A DNA stretch of 64,000 bases, from the NCBI RefSeq assembly GCF_000332175.1, contig NZ_KB235914.1, positions 4,121,793 to 4,185,792 on the forward strand, read 5' to 3'. Of the stretch, positions 49,078 through 60,481 are shown one piece after another. Numbering within the stretch: the first letter of the stretch is position 1; each line of letters opens with the position of its first letter. Position numbers and translations under genes: made by a program. The notes beneath the pieces are model-generated. The model worked only from the letters and a program-made list of their open reading frames with translations. It had not been told where the DNA came from and searched no databases. The DNA comes from Pseudanabaena sp. PCC 6802. Its GTDB lineage: Bacteria; Cyanobacteriota; Cyanobacteriia; Pseudanabaenales; Pseudanabaenaceae.

Positions 49078-49563
49078 ATGTTGTTACAGGCACGTAGACT
49101 AGCGATACCTACAATACTGACGAGGGCGATCGCACCCGTAACTTTGCTAGGTGCGATCTTCAGCATGACTTCAGGAGTTGAAGCCAGAAATTGCCGCCCG
49201 CTAGAAGTAGTTGGTGGTGCTGGTACAGTCGTTGAGAAAAAGATTACTCCGGGCGGTACTCTACTCACCAACGATAACTGGAACACTGATTTTGCAGTAC
49301 CGAGCGGGACTAACTTTAACCTGTATACTGCAACGATTACTCCCAAAGATAATGCCAACTACGCCATCAAGCTATTTCTCAAGTACAGTAACAATACGCT
49401 CGATAAGTTCTACGACCAAACTACCCCCCTTAAAAAAGGCAAGCCTTTAGTAATTACCGGGGAACCGAGGGCAAGAGAATCTCCCTATCAAATCAACGTA
49501 TTGGTGGGCGGACTCGAAGCGATCGGTACGGAATACTTGCTTACCGTATCTGGATGTTATTAG
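49078..49563 (+). CDS. Hypothetical secreted protein (signal peptide, beta-rich)
   Basis: N-terminal signal-like segment ending AIFSMTSGVEA; no recognised domain. Confidence 0.4.
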   Translation: MLLQARRLAIPTILTRAIAPVTLLGAIFSMTSGVEARNCRPLEVVGGAGTVVEKKITPGGTLLTNDNWNTDFAVPSGTNFNLYTATITPKDNANYAIKLFLKYSNNTLDKFYDQTTPLKKGKPLVITGEPRARESPYQINVLVGGLEAIGTEYLLTVSGCY

Positions 49564-49593
49564 CCGATCGCCGAGTGCTGAAAGCTCTACCCT

Positions 49594-50826
49594 CTAACGG
49601 ACTGTGGGTCTTTGATTGTTAATCCGATTTTTTACAAACGTATACAGGCGATCGCAACCGCGCTCGATCGTATTGAGATCGGTGGCGTAGGAAAGGCGAA
49701 TATTCGTATCCATGCCAAAGGGAATGCCTGGTATGACTGCCACCTGTGCTTCTTCTAGTAGCATCTCCGCAAATTGGAGCGAACTCAAACCTAGTTCCTT
49801 AATATTAGGGAAGAGGTAGAATGCCCCATCGGGTTTGAGGCAACTAATACCTGGAATTGCATTCAAGCGCTGGAACATGACTTCGCGCCGCTGGGCAAAA
49901 GCCTGCCGCATTGACTCCACGCAATCCTGGGACTCTGTCAAAGCAGCTAATGCACCGTATTGAGCGAAAGTACAGACATTTGACGTACTATGACCTTGAA
50001 TCTTGGTGGCAGCTTTAATTAAATCCAAGGGCCCCGCTAGATAGCCAATTCGCCATCCGGTCATAGCGTAGGCCTTAGCAAAGCCACTGCTGATAATCGT
50101 GCGCGATCGCATCTCCGCACTCACAGCCCCAATACTTAAATGCTGCGCCCCATCATAGAGAATCTTTTTATAGATTTCGTCAGCGGCAATCGCAACTTGT
50201 TCGTGGTGGCTCAGGACTTCTGCGATCGCGCGAATCTCCTCGGGCGTATATACCATCCCTGTGGGATTAGAGGGCGAATTGAGGATAAACAGCTTAGTAC
50301 GCGGTGTAATGGCTGCTTCTAGTTGCTCTGGTGTAATTTTGTAGCCATTAGCTGCATCGGTGATGACAAATACTGGCTCGCCATCTGCTAGCTTGACCAT
50401 TTCGGGATAGCTCACCCAGTAAGGCACGGGAATAATTACCTCATCACCCGGATCGAGCAACGCCATCATCAAGTTATACAAAGAATGCTTGCCACCATTC
50501 GTGACAATTATCTGGTCTGCGGTATATTCAAGCCGATCTTCTGAGGCGAGTTTATCGGCGATCGCCTGCTTGAGTTCTGGCATTCCCGCAGCAGGGCCAT
50601 ATTTGGTTTTACCCCGATCCAGAGCTTGTTTCGCCGCCGCTTTAATATGTTCTGGCGTATCGAAATCTGGCTCGCCAGCACTAAAACTGCAAATGTCCAT
50701 CCCGCTTGCCTTGAGAGCTTTAGCCTTGGCATCGATCGCCAAAGTCATAGATGGAGTGACTTTACTAACGCGGTGGGCTAATTGCATAAGCTGTATTCGA
50801 TCTGCTGATTTATACCAATTATTCAA
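49594..50826 (-). CDS. Class I/II PLP-dependent aminotransferase (aspartate aminotransferase-like)
   Basis: NGGKHSL...SPSNPTG...[16 protein letters not shown] (Lys in SxxK) motifs. Confidence 0.8.
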   Translation of the reverse strand: MNNWYKSADRIQLMQLAHRVSKVTPSMTLAIDAKAKALKASGMDICSFSAGEPDFDTPEHIKAAAKQALDRGKTKYGPAAGMPELKQAIADKLASEDRLEYTADQIIVTNGGKHSLYNLMMALLDPGDEVIIPVPYWVSYPEMVKLADGEPVFVITDAANGYKITPEQLEAAITPRTKLFILNSPSNPTGMVYTPEEIRAIAEVLSHHEQVAIAADEIYKKILYDGAQHLSIGAVSAEMRSRTIISSGFAKAYAMTGWRIGYLAGPLDLIKAATKIQGHSTSNVCTFAQYGALAALTESQDCVESMRQAFAQRREVMFQRLNAIPGISCLKPDGAFYLFPNIKELGLSSLQFAEMLLEEAQVAVIPGIPFGMDTNIRLSYATDLNTIERGCDRLYTFVKNRINNQRPTVR

Positions 50827-50919
50827 TGTATTGTCGATCCCGCGATCGGTTTTTAACGATCGCTTAATCTAGTCTACGTTTGGTATTCTTGAAAACAACA
50901 GTAACTAGACTTTGAGACC

Positions 50920-52146
50920 ATGACACAGACTCCCCTCGCATCTATTCCCTCCCTTCAGGCCAACAGTCGCCCAGATGCACTGGGGCGATTTGGTATTTTT
51001 GGGGGTAAATACGTTCCAGAAACCCTCATGAGCGCTTTGAGCGAGTTGGAAGTGGCGGCAAAGTATTATCAAAACGATCCCGAATTCCAAGCAGAACTGG
51101 ATGGGCTACTGCGCGATTATGTGGGCAGACCCAGCCCCCTCTACTTTGCGGAGCGCTTGACCGATCGCTACGGCACCGCCCAGATTTACCTCAAGCGCGA
51201 AGATCTCAACCATACGGGCGCGCATAAGATCAACAACGCGATCGCTCAGGCTCTCCTCGCCAAACGCATGGGCAAAAAACGGATTATTGCCGAAACTGGT
51301 GCGGGACAGCACGGCGTTGCCACTGCCACCGCCTGCGCGCGGTTTGGCTTGGAATGCGCGATCTACATGGGCGACCAGGATATGAAGCGCCAGGAATTAA
51401 ATGTATTTCGCATGAGGTTAATGGGGGCAGAAGTCAGACCTGTATTTGCGGGAACGGCAACCCTCAAAGATGCCACCTCCGAGGCGATTCGCGATTGGGT
51501 TACCAATGTCGAGACTACCCATTATATTTTGGGATCGGTGGCGGGGCCGCATCCCTACCCCATGCTGGTGCGCGACTTCCATGCTGTCATCGGGCGGGAA
51601 ACGCGATCGCAATGCCAGGAAAAATGGGGCGGCTTGCCGGATATCTTGCTTGCCTGCGTTGGTGGTGGTTCCAATGCGATGGGCTTGTTCCACGAATTTG
51701 TCGAAGAGCCAACAGTGCGCCTGATCGGGGTTGAGGCTGCTGGCGAAGGTGTAGATACCGACAAACATGCTGCCACCTTAACTAAGGGCAGAGTAGGCGT
51801 TCTGCATGGAGCCATGAGCTACCTATTGCAAGATGCGGAGGGACAAGTACAGGAAGCCCACTCCATCAGTGCCGGACTCGACTATCCCGGCGTGGGGCCA
51901 GAACACAGCTACCTGAAAGATTCTGGCAGAGCCGAATACTACAGCGTCACCGATCGAGAAGCCCTGGATGCCTTCCAGCGCTTATCTCGACTAGAGGGGA
52001 TTATTCCGGCGCTGGAAACTGCCCATGCGATCGCCTACCTGGAAACCCTGATGCCACAGTTAACTTCAGACAAACGCATTGTGATCAACTGCTCTGGGCG
52101 CGGCGATAAAGACGTACAAACCGCGATCGCTCGGTTAACCATTTAA
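50920..52146 (+). CDS. trpB: Tryptophan synthase beta subunit
   Basis: [18 protein letters not shown]...[10 protein letters not shown]... full-length TrpB. Confidence 0.92.
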   Translation: MTQTPLASIPSLQANSRPDALGRFGIFGGKYVPETLMSALSELEVAAKYYQNDPEFQAELDGLLRDYVGRPSPLYFAERLTDRYGTAQIYLKREDLNHTGAHKINNAIAQALLAKRMGKKRIIAETGAGQHGVATATACARFGLECAIYMGDQDMKRQELNVFRMRLMGAEVRPVFAGTATLKDATSEAIRDWVTNVETTHYILGSVAGPHPYPMLVRDFHAVIGRETRSQCQEKWGGLPDILLACVGGGSNAMGLFHEFVEEPTVRLIGVEAAGEGVDTDKHAATLTKGRVGVLHGAMSYLLQDAEGQVQEAHSISAGLDYPGVGPEHSYLKDSGRAEYYSVTDREALDAFQRLSRLEGIIPALETAHAIAYLETLMPQLTSDKRIVINCSGRGDKDVQTAIARLTI

Positions 52147-52156
52147 TATTCTGGGA

Positions 52157-52741
52157 TTGCAACCTATGACCGCTCTAACCCTGGATCTACATCTTGCCCT
52201 GGAACTGACAGACGAGCAGTTCGAGCAGATCTGCCGCACAAATCGGGATTTGAGATTAGAACGTACTGCAAAAGGAGATTTAATTATTATGCCCCCGACC
52301 GGAGGCGAAACTGGCAATCGTAATATCAAGCTCAGCACCCGTGTTGAGATTTGGAATAGCCAGACAAATTTGGGAATTGCCTTTGATTCGTCTACTGGGT
52401 TCAAACTGCCAAATGGTGCGATTCGCTCCCCAGATGCATCCTGGGTGCAATTGGAGCGATGGCAGGCGCTCACACCTCTGCAACGGCGAAAATTCATACC
52501 GCTTTGTCCGGATTTTGCGATCGAGCTAATGTCTCCTACCGACGAGCTCGGGGATACTCAAGCCAAAATGCAAGAATATCTGGCAAACGGACTGCAACTG
52601 GGATGGCTGCTCGATCCCGACTCCAAACAGGTAGAAATTTACCGACCCGCACAGCCAGTAGAAATTCTGCAAAACCCTGCTAGTCTGTCGGGTGAAACCG
52701 TATTGCCAGGGTTTGTCTTGCACTTACAAGAAATCCTGTAA
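52157..52741 (+). CDS. Uma2-family (DUF820) endonuclease-like protein
   Basis: DLIIMPPTGGETGNRNIKL...PDASWV motif pattern; 10 bp after trpB. Confidence 0.7.
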   Translation: MQPMTALTLDLHLALELTDEQFEQICRTNRDLRLERTAKGDLIIMPPTGGETGNRNIKLSTRVEIWNSQTNLGIAFDSSTGFKLPNGAIRSPDASWVQLERWQALTPLQRRKFIPLCPDFAIELMSPTDELGDTQAKMQEYLANGLQLGWLLDPDSKQVEIYRPAQPVEILQNPASLSGETVLPGFVLHLQEIL

Positions 52742-52776
52742 AGAAATCCTGTGCTTAAATCTTTTTAGGGCTGTCA

Positions 52777-53673
52777 ATGCTTGAATACATCACTACTTTA
52801 GTCATTCTTGGTTCCATATTTGCCCTCTTTAGTCTGGGTTTAAATCTGCAATGGGGGTTCGCCGGGCTGGTCAATTTTGGGCACGTGGCATTTATGACCA
52901 TTGGAGCCTATACCACCATCCTGCTTAGCTTAAGAGGCGTACCCTGGTATTTTGCCTTTCTCATCGCTTCTGCTCTAGCTGGCTGCCTTGGCCTGGCGAT
53001 CGGCAGCACCACACTACGTCTGCGCGAAGACTACCTGGCGATCGTGACGATCGGTGTATCGGAAATGGTCAGATTGGTCGTGAATAACGAGGAATGGCTC
53101 ACCAGGGGCACCAGAGGCGTATATGGCTACGAGCGTCCCTTATTTGGGCTGGTACCGCCAACCTCCTACCCTTTCCTATTTGCAGCGATCCTTTTAGTCG
53201 TGCTCGGTCTGGTCTACTGGCGGTTGGAGTGGTTGGTGCGATCGCCCTGGGGGCGCGTCCTCAAAGCAATTCGCGAAGATGAGGAAGTCGTAAAAGCATT
53301 GGGAAAAAATGTATTCTGGTACAAATTGCAGGCATTTGTCATTGGTGGCGCGATCGCCGGTATGGCAGGCAGCTTTTTCGCCTGGCAACTGACTACGGTT
53401 TATCCAGATTCATTCATACCGCTAATTACTTTCCAAGCCTGGACGATCGTGACGATCGGTGGGGCGGGTAGTAATTTAGGCGTACTGATAGGAGCTGCGA
53501 TTTTCCAGATTTACAACGTACTGCCCAGGTTTTTACCAGCTCAAATCCGCGCTGACGGCGGCAAGTTTGAGGCAATTCAGCTAATGTTAATCGGTCTTAC
53601 GCTGATCTTGTTAATGCTGTGGCGACCGCAAGGCATTCTTGGCAATAAGGACGAACTGACCCTAAATCGGTAA
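52777..53673 (+). CDS. Branched-chain/neutral amino acid ABC transporter permease (LivM/NatC-type), orphan
   Basis: LNLQWGFAGLVNFGHVAFMTIGAY...REDYLAIVTIGVSEMVR LivM signature; no adjacent ATPase or binding protein. Confidence 0.75.
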   Translation: MLEYITTLVILGSIFALFSLGLNLQWGFAGLVNFGHVAFMTIGAYTTILLSLRGVPWYFAFLIASALAGCLGLAIGSTTLRLREDYLAIVTIGVSEMVRLVVNNEEWLTRGTRGVYGYERPLFGLVPPTSYPFLFAAILLVVLGLVYWRLEWLVRSPWGRVLKAIREDEEVVKALGKNVFWYKLQAFVIGGAIAGMAGSFFAWQLTTVYPDSFIPLITFQAWTIVTIGGAGSNLGVLIGAAIFQIYNVLPRFLPAQIRADGGKFEAIQLMLIGLTLILLMLWRPQGILGNKDELTLNR

Positions 53674-53690
53674 ATACACGATATATAACA

Positions 53691-53791
53691 ACTATAGCCA
53701 ATAGGCTTAGGACGGGGTGCAGGGGTGGAACCCCTGCGTGGGGGCGCAGCCCCCACACCCCCTGTCCTAACAGATTCTGTCTACGGCTATA
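53691..53791. repeat. MITE-like element, family B
   Basis: ctatagccaataggcttaggacggggtgcaggggtggaacccctgcgtgggggcgcagcccccacaccccctgtcctaa...ctacggctata. Confidence 0.8.
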
Positions 53792-54002
53792 TTTGCCAGA
53801 ATTCTCCTTTTTCTTAGTCCGCGCCAGTGGACTTTGTTTGTTTAGCTGCGACTTCCAGTCGCCAGACAAGATCGCGCAATGGTTAAGAGAGTCGATAGAT
53901 ATTGAATTCTTGACGATCGCTAACCGATAATGGCCAACTGATATAAACTAGATATTTGCCAATATCTGGCGCAACTGCAATCTTAAAACTTTGAGCAAAT
54001 CC

Positions 54003-55547
54003 ATGAAGGTTACCCTAGAAAAACTCCCTAAAAGCCAAGTCTGCTTTGATATCGAAGTCGAGGGAGAAAAATCGCAAGCAATTTACGATCGCACGGTGCA
54101 AAAATTGACGCGATCGGTTCAGGTACCGGGATTTCGTAAGGGTAAAGCACCTAAGCAGCTCGTGATGCGGCAAATAGGTACTGAGCAAATCAAGGCAGGC
54201 GTACTGGAAGATCTCCTGGAAGAAACCCTAACCCAAGCCCTCAAAGAACAAAAAGATATCGATGCCATTGGTAGCTTTGAGCTAGTTACGCCCATTGAAG
54301 AATTACTGGCGAATTTTGCCTACGGACAAACATTTAATTTTCGCGCCGCGATCGACGTGCAGCCAGAGGTAACGCTCAAGAATTACAAAGGTCTGAGCGT
54401 TAAAGTCGAAAAGATCGAGCCAGACCTCACACAGGCAGACAAGACATTACGCGAGTTTCAAATTAAGCATTCTACCCTTGTCCCCGTTGAGGATCGGGGC
54501 GCGCAAATAGGCGATGTCGTCACCATCAATCTGATCGTAATCGATCGAACTACTGGAGAGGAGATGCCAGATGCTGGTGCTGAAGATCTCCAGCTCGATA
54601 TGGAGGTGGATGACTTCATCCCCGAACTAATTGAGGGGATTGCGGGCATGACCGTGGAGGAAACCAAGGAGATTGATGCTGATTTTCCAACAGACTTCAT
54701 CAGCCGCGATCTGGCGGGTAAATCGGTTAAATTCGTAACTACGCTCAAAGATCTCAAAGCCAGAGAGCTACCTGCCCTCGACGATGATTTTGCCAAGACG
54801 ATCAGCGAAAAGGAGACGATGGCAGAACTGCGCGAGTATCTGGAGACCCGCGCTGTAGAAGAGGCTGAGGATAAAACCAGGGAAAATACTGAAAAAGCCA
54901 TTTTAGAGGCTCTCGTACAGGAGATAGAGGCAGATCTACCTACTAGCCTGGTTAACAAGGAAGCAACTATCATGCTCCAACAACAGGCAATGTACCTGCA
55001 ACGCAGTGCTGAGGGGGCAAGGCTGGCCAAACAACTATTTACCAAGGAGTTAATTGGCGAAATGCGGCGGATTAACGAGCCGGAAGCGATCGCCCGCCTC
55101 AAGCGCACGCTAGCCCTAGCAGAAGTCGCCAAGCTAGAAAAACTAGAAAATACTAAGGAAGAAGAAGACAAACGGGCAGCGGAAATTTTGCAGGCTTTGC
55201 AGGGCGAGGTTGTCGATCCTCAAAAACTGGCTGAAGTAGTGGCAGACGAACTGCTGACTGAAAAGGCAATGGAGTTCCTGAAGCAGAACGCCCAGATCGA
55301 GTACGTGGCAGAGGGAGAACTAAAACCAGAACCAGCGGCGATTGCAGAAACAGTCGCCGAGCCAGAAGCGATCGCCGAGACAGCCGCTGCCTCAGAAGAA
55401 GTAACCGTAGAAGTAGTCACCGAGCCAGCCCCAGAAACACCAGCCCCAGAAGCACCAGCTTCAGAGGCGCTCGCCTCTGAAGCAGAGGTTGCAGACAAGA
55501 AACCACCTGCCAAAACAACCAAAAAGACGAAAAAGGTTAAGGCCTAG
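54003..55547 (+). CDS. tig: Trigger factor
   Basis: MKVTLEKLPKSQV...GFRKGKAP ribosome-binding motif; Glu/Ala-rich C-terminal extension; ATG 54003 preferred over TTG 53991. Confidence 0.9.
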   Translation: MKVTLEKLPKSQVCFDIEVEGEKSQAIYDRTVQKLTRSVQVPGFRKGKAPKQLVMRQIGTEQIKAGVLEDLLEETLTQALKEQKDIDAIGSFELVTPIEELLANFAYGQTFNFRAAIDVQPEVTLKNYKGLSVKVEKIEPDLTQADKTLREFQIKHSTLVPVEDRGAQIGDVVTINLIVIDRTTGEEMPDAGAEDLQLDMEVDDFIPELIEGIAGMTVEETKEIDADFPTDFISRDLAGKSVKFVTTLKDLKARELPALDDDFAKTISEKETMAELREYLETRAVEEAEDKTRENTEKAILEALVQEIEADLPTSLVNKEATIMLQQQAMYLQRSAEGARLAKQLFTKELIGEMRRINEPEAIARLKRTLALAEVAKLEKLENTKEEEDKRAAEILQALQGEVVDPQKLAEVVADELLTEKAMEFLKQNAQIEYVAEGELKPEPAAIAETVAEPEAIAETAAASEEVTVEVVTEPAPETPAPEAPASEALASEAEVADKKPPAKTTKKTKKVKA

Positions 55548-55697
55548 CCGCTACTTTAACAACATTTGAGGCATAATAGCTCTCAGTGGAGTAATACTGC
55601 AAATAGTAAAGTTGGTGAAACCATGTTGAACGCTCTATATTCAGACCAACCCAGCCAGGTGTTCGCTGAAGGTACCCCAGTTAATGAGGTAGTACCG

Positions 55698-56309
55698 ATG
55701 GTAATCGAACAATCAGGTAGGGGAGAGAGGGCTTTCGACATATTTTCGCGTCTCTTGCGCGAGCGGATTATTTTTTTGGGTACACAGGTTGACGACTCTC
55801 TGGCTAACGTGATCATGTCCCAGCTTTTGTTTCTAGAAGCTGAAGATCCGGAAAAAGACATTTACATATATATCAATTCGCCCGGTGGCTCTGTCACCGC
55901 TGGTATGGCGATCTATGACACGATCAAGCATGTTAGACCTGATGTATTTACAATCTGCATGGGTTTAGCAGCTAGCATGGGAGCCTTCCTATTGTCAGCC
56001 GGAACCAAAGGCAAGCGCTTGTCTTTGCCCAACTCGCGCATTATGATTCATCAGCCCTTGGGTGGAGCTAGGGGGCAAGCGATCGATATTGAAATTCAGG
56101 CAAAGGAAATTTTGCATCATAAAAATACTTTGAATCGCTTGTTAGCCGAACATACAGGTCAACCCCTAGAAAGAATTGAGCGCGATACCGAAAGGGATTT
56201 TTTTATGTCCCCAGAGGAAGCAAAGCAGTATGGGCTGATCGATCAAGTTGTCACTCAAAAGAAATCATTGACACACCCAACTCCGGTTCTCGCTAGCGTA
56301 GCCAATTGA
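55698..56309 (+). CDS. clpP: ATP-dependent Clp protease proteolytic subunit (active triad present)
   Basis: [14 protein letters not shown] (Ser), IMIHQPLGG (His), [11 protein letters not shown] (Asp); GAGGT SD 10 nt before ATG 55698; track TTG start 55566 probably too long. Confidence 0.9.
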   Translation: MVIEQSGRGERAFDIFSRLLRERIIFLGTQVDDSLANVIMSQLLFLEAEDPEKDIYIYINSPGGSVTAGMAIYDTIKHVRPDVFTICMGLAASMGAFLLSAGTKGKRLSLPNSRIMIHQPLGGARGQAIDIEIQAKEILHHKNTLNRLLAEHTGQPLERIERDTERDFFMSPEEAKQYGLIDQVVTQKKSLTHPTPVLASVAN

Positions 56310-56316
56310 GAAGAAT

Positions 56317-57672
56317 ATGCCAAGTAAATATGACTCCCACCTCAAATGTTCATTTTGCGGCAAATCCCAAGAGCAGGTTCGCAAGCTAATTGCTGGCCCG
56401 GGGGTTTACATTTGCGATGAATGCGTCGATCTGTGCAACGAAATCCTGGATGAGGAACTATTTAGCAGTTCTTCATCGCACCCACCCCAGCGCAAAGAGC
56501 CACAACCAGAAAAGCGCAAGAATAAGTCTGGTGGAAGCTTTAACCTCAATCAGATCCCCAAGCCGCGCGATATCAAGCGCTACCTTGACGAAAACGTGAT
56601 CGGTCAGGATGAAGCTAAAAAAGTACTGTCGGTTGCCGTCTACAACCATTACAAGCGCCTCAGCTTCCTGCAATCTTCTTCGGGTAATGCTAATGGCAAA
56701 AACAATCCCTATGAAGATGGCGTAGAGCTACAAAAATCGAATATTCTGCTCATCGGGCCTACAGGTTGCGGTAAAACCCTGCTGGCTCAAACCCTCGCAG
56801 AAATGCTGGACGTGCCATTTGCCGTTGCCGATGCCACAACCCTAACGGAGGCGGGCTATGTGGGCGAGGATGTTGAGAATATTCTTCTGCGTCTTTTACA
56901 AGTTGCCGATCTGGATGTAGAAGAGGCGCAACGGGGCATTATTTACATCGACGAAATTGATAAGATTGCCCGTAAGAGTGAAAATACATCGATCACTCGC
57001 GATGTATCCGGCGAAGGCGTGCAGCAGGCGTTGCTGAAGATGTTGGAGGGCACGATCGCCAACGTCCCCCCCCAAGGCGGACGCAAGCACCCATACCAGG
57101 ACTGCATTCAAATCGATACTAAGAATATTTTGTTTATTTGCGGCGGTGCATTTGTCGGCTTAGAGAAGACGATTGAGCAGCGCATTGGCAAGAAGTCGAT
57201 GGGCTTTATTCAACAAGGTGATGGCATACCTAAGGAAAAACGCACCGCCGACGTTTTAAAGCATCTACAGCCCGACGACCTGGTTAAGTTTGGCATGATT
57301 CCCGAGTTTATCGGTCGCGTTCCCGTTACTGCTGTCGTCGATCCACTCGATGAAAGCACGCTGATGTCAATTCTGACCGAGCCGCGTAGCGCGTTAGTCA
57401 AGCAATATCAAAAGCTGCTGAAGATGGACAACGTGCAGCTAGAGTTTCACCCAGCCGCGATTAAGGCGATCGCTAAGGAAGCTTATCGACGCAAAACTGG
57501 AGCCAGAGCATTGCGCGGCATAGTCGAACAACTCATGCTCGATGTTATGTACGAGCTACCTTCGCGTAAGGATGTGACCCGTTGCACGATTACCGCTGAA
57601 ATGGTGGAGCAGTTGTCTACCGCAGAGATCCTACACCATCCGTCCTCTCTTCCAAAGCCGGAGTCAGCCTAG
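56317..57672 (+). CDS. clpX: ATP-dependent Clp protease ATP-binding subunit ClpX
   Basis: CSFCGK...CDEC zinc-binding N-domain; Walker [16 protein letters not shown]. Confidence 0.92.
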   Translation: MPSKYDSHLKCSFCGKSQEQVRKLIAGPGVYICDECVDLCNEILDEELFSSSSSHPPQRKEPQPEKRKNKSGGSFNLNQIPKPRDIKRYLDENVIGQDEAKKVLSVAVYNHYKRLSFLQSSSGNANGKNNPYEDGVELQKSNILLIGPTGCGKTLLAQTLAEMLDVPFAVADATTLTEAGYVGEDVENILLRLLQVADLDVEEAQRGIIYIDEIDKIARKSENTSITRDVSGEGVQQALLKMLEGTIANVPPQGGRKHPYQDCIQIDTKNILFICGGAFVGLEKTIEQRIGKKSMGFIQQGDGIPKEKRTADVLKHLQPDDLVKFGMIPEFIGRVPVTAVVDPLDESTLMSILTEPRSALVKQYQKLLKMDNVQLEFHPAAIKAIAKEAYRRKTGARALRGIVEQLMLDVMYELPSRKDVTRCTITAEMVEQLSTAEILHHPSSLPKPESA

Positions 57673-57713
57673 CTCTTGCCTAGTTTTGTTCGGGGTGTAG
57701 ATGGTTTACCGAC

Positions 57714-58262
57714 ATGTCGCAATCTCACCCACCAGTCATGTTAGTCGATGGCTACAACGTTCTTGGAGCTTGGTACAGGCTAATGACACTTCGCGAAGTG
57801 GAGGGTTTTGATGCCGCACGGCAAGAGTTAGTGGAGGTAATGACTAACTTTAGCGCCTATCATGGTTATCAGACGACGCTCGTGTTTGATGCTTACAATC
57901 TAGCTACTCCCGGCGTAACTGAGAAAGTAACCAAAAATCTCAAGCTGTATTTTACCGAACACAAGCAAACCGCCGACACCTACATTGAAAAAATCTGCGC
58001 CCAGCTATATCGCCATCCTCTGCGTCACCTTAAGCGTGTAATCGTTGTCACCTCAGACCGCGCCCAGCAGATGACAGCGGTGGGCTTCGGTGCGGAGTGG
58101 ATGTCAGCCCAGGCATTAGAGTTTGAGGTAGAATCGACATTTAGTAGTGTAAAACATCGACAGAAGCCGCGAAAAGAGTCCCCCAAACGCATGTTAGGAC
58201 ACGTAATTGATGCGGAGACCAGCAAGCGACTCAAGAAAATGCGTAAAGATCTGGAGTTTTGA
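57714..58262 (+). CDS. NYN-domain (YacP/Rae1-like) putative ribonuclease
   Basis: VMLVDGYNVLGAW...LVFDAY NYN/PIN-like acidic motifs. Confidence 0.7.
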   Translation: MSQSHPPVMLVDGYNVLGAWYRLMTLREVEGFDAARQELVEVMTNFSAYHGYQTTLVFDAYNLATPGVTEKVTKNLKLYFTEHKQTADTYIEKICAQLYRHPLRHLKRVIVVTSDRAQQMTAVGFGAEWMSAQALEFEVESTFSSVKHRQKPRKESPKRMLGHVIDAETSKRLKKMRKDLEF

Positions 58263-58265
58263 ATC

Positions 58266-59192
58266 ATGAACGAATTTTCACCTGCGATCGCCGAATCACC
58301 CACACCAAAATCTAAAGATGCCAAGAAGAAGAAAAAGAAGAAGAAAGAAGACAAGCTCGTTGACAGCAATAATGGCATGTCGACCTACATAACTATGTCC
58401 GAGCGCGAGAGCCAATCTAAGCTCTCCAGTCGAGAATATGAGAAAGAACTAGTCCGACTGCAAGTAGAGTTAGTGAAATTGCAATACTGGGTCAAACATG
58501 TAGGCGCTCGAATCGTGATTATATTTGAGGGGCGCGATGCTGCGGGTAAAGGCGGTACGATTAAGCGCATTACCGAACCGCTAAATCCGCGCGGCTGTCG
58601 AGTTGTGGCACTGGGTACGCCGAGCGATCGCGAAAAAACGGAATGGTACTTTCAACGCTATGTGGCTCATCTGCCATCAGCGGGCGAGATCGTTTGCTTC
58701 GATCGCAGTTGGTATAACCGCGCTGGTGTCGAGCACGTAATGGGTTTTTGCACCGACGAACAGTATCAGGAATTTCTGCAAACCTGTCCCGAATTCGAGC
58801 GGATGCTGGTCAGGTCGGGCATTATTTTGATCAAGTACTGGTTTTCGGTCAGCGATGAAGAACAGGAGCGTCGGTTTCAGTCACGCACGCTCGATCCAGC
58901 TCGTCGCTGGAAACTGAGTCCGATGGATTTGGAATCGCGCGATCGCTGGGTGGAATATTCTCAAGCCAAAGACCGAATGTTTGCCCACACTAACATCCCC
59001 GAAGCACCCTGGTTTACAGTCGAAGCCGACGACAAAAAACGCGCCCGTCTCAACTGCATCGTTCACTTCCTGAGCAAGATTCCCTACGTTGACATGACCC
59101 CAGAAGCCCTGGAACTACCCCCGCGTAAATCTGCTCCTAACTACGTGCGACCGCCACGCAACGAGCAATTCTTCGTGCCACATGTCTATTGA
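58266..59192 (+). CDS. Polyphosphate kinase 2 family protein with N-terminal poly-Lys tract
   Basis: IFEGRDAAGKGGTIKRITE Walker A, FDRSWYNRAGVE; KKKKKKKKEDK encoded by (AAG)n at 58319-58352; 3 bp after NYN gene. Confidence 0.85.
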   Translation: MNEFSPAIAESPTPKSKDAKKKKKKKKEDKLVDSNNGMSTYITMSERESQSKLSSREYEKELVRLQVELVKLQYWVKHVGARIVIIFEGRDAAGKGGTIKRITEPLNPRGCRVVALGTPSDREKTEWYFQRYVAHLPSAGEIVCFDRSWYNRAGVEHVMGFCTDEQYQEFLQTCPEFERMLVRSGIILIKYWFSVSDEEQERRFQSRTLDPARRWKLSPMDLESRDRWVEYSQAKDRMFAHTNIPEAPWFTVEADDKKRARLNCIVHFLSKIPYVDMTPEALELPPRKSAPNYVRPPRNEQFFVPHVY

Positions 59193-59254
59193 GCTAACCG
59201 CTAAAGGCTATAACATGTTGTAATGGTCGGGAGAGTGTTTGAATACATACTGGT

Positions 59255-59644
59255 ATGGTTTATCAGCCTGCTAAATACCTTAATTTGAAAAGTCAGTTTA
59301 AAGCGATCGAGGAACGGCTAGCTCAAGACTTAACTTCTAGCAGTACCAATAGTACAAAAAAGCTGCTTGCTCTGCACGCTCAAGTACAGGATTTCTTTCA
59401 GACGCAAATTCTCGACAATCCCGATCCCCACGAAGCCGGGGAAACTCAAGTTGACGAAGAGCTAATTCTGTCGCACTACGTAGAAATTAATAAGCAATTA
59501 CGCTTGTTGGGTGCAGACCTTACCATGTTACACGCAGCGCGCAACCCCGACACATTTGTCCAGCGACAACAGCAAGCTAGCGATCGCTTGAATATGCTAA
59601 TTAGTTACTGTAGTGCTTTGCTCCAAATCGACAGTCAAAGCTAG
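59255..59644 (+). CDS. Hypothetical protein (129 aa)
   Basis: ORF; convergent overlap with rsmI 3' end; no domain recognised. Confidence 0.4.
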   Translation: MVYQPAKYLNLKSQFKAIEERLAQDLTSSSTNSTKKLLALHAQVQDFFQTQILDNPDPHEAGETQVDEELILSHYVEINKQLRLLGADLTMLHAARNPDTFVQRQQQASDRLNMLISYCSALLQIDSQS

Positions 59645-60481
59645 CTGGTAAAGGTAACGGCGGGGCAACTTAGAAACTGCCGCCAGTTGGCGGCTAGCCT
59701 GCGATCGCGATACCCCATCCCCAGACAGCATGATCGCCTTTAGTTCTGCCAGTAACTGCGCCTCCGTCCAGACTATCTGCGTGGCAGTCGCCCCATCGAC
59801 GACAAGGGTAAATTCTCCTTTGGGGTGGCGATCGCTGTAGTAGGCGATCGCGCCGCCCAGGTTGCCGCGCCAAAATTCCTCGTGTAACTTGGTTAGCTCG
59901 CGGGCGATCGCTACTTGTCTACTCGATCCCAAATGCTCGGCTAGATCCTGCAAAGTTTCTAGCAAGCGATGCGGTGCTTCATAGAATACAATCGTGCGAG
60001 TTTCTGAGGCTAATGCTTCTAAGCGCGATCGCCGTTCCTGATTGTCCGTCGGCAAAAAGCCCTCAAACGCAAATCTGTGCGTTGATAAGCCGGATGCGGT
60101 TAGGGCAGTAATTACTGCCGTCACGCCCGGTATCGGCACCACCGCGATCGCAGCCTCAACGCAAGCCTTCACCAATTCGCAGCCAGGATCGGAGATACCA
60201 GGCATTCCGGCATCGGTGACGATGGCGATCGCTTTACCCGAACGCAGGAGATCGATCAGTTCTGGAATGCGCTCTTGACAGTTATGCTCGTGGTAACTAA
60301 GTTGGGGAGTCTCAATTTGCCAATGTTTCAGGAGCTTACCCGTATGGCGCGTATCTTCAGCGGCAATTAAATCCACAGTTTGTAGGGTTTTGACGGCTCT
60401 CACCGTCATATCGTCTAGATTGCCAATGGGAGTACCGACTAAGTAAAGTATGCCTGGTGACTCAGATGCGGTTAGCGCCAA
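59597..60481 (-). CDS. rsmI: 16S rRNA (cytidine1402-2'-O)-methyltransferase
   Basis: LYLVGTPIGNLDDMTVRAVKTL...DAGMPGISDPG tetrapyrrole-methylase-fold motifs. Confidence 0.85.
   Translation of the reverse strand: MALTASESPGILYLVGTPIGNLDDMTVRAVKTLQTVDLIAAEDTRHTGKLLKHWQIETPQLSYHEHNCQERIPELIDLLRSGKAIAIVTDAGMPGISDPGCELVKACVEAAIAVVPIPGVTAVITALTASGLSTHRFAFEGFLPTDNQERRSRLEALASETRTIVFYEAPHRLLETLQDLAEHLGSSRQVAIARELTKLHEEFWRGNLGGAIAYYSDRHPKGEFTLVVDGATATQIVWTEAQLLAELKAIMLSGDGVSRSQASRQLAAVSKLPRRYLYQLALTVDLEQSTTVTN

Noticed and set aside
54458-55522. Minus-strand Ser-rich ORFs inside tig
   Set aside because: They are antisense to the trigger factor gene, and the Glu/Ala-rich tig tail gives Ser-rich antisense frames.
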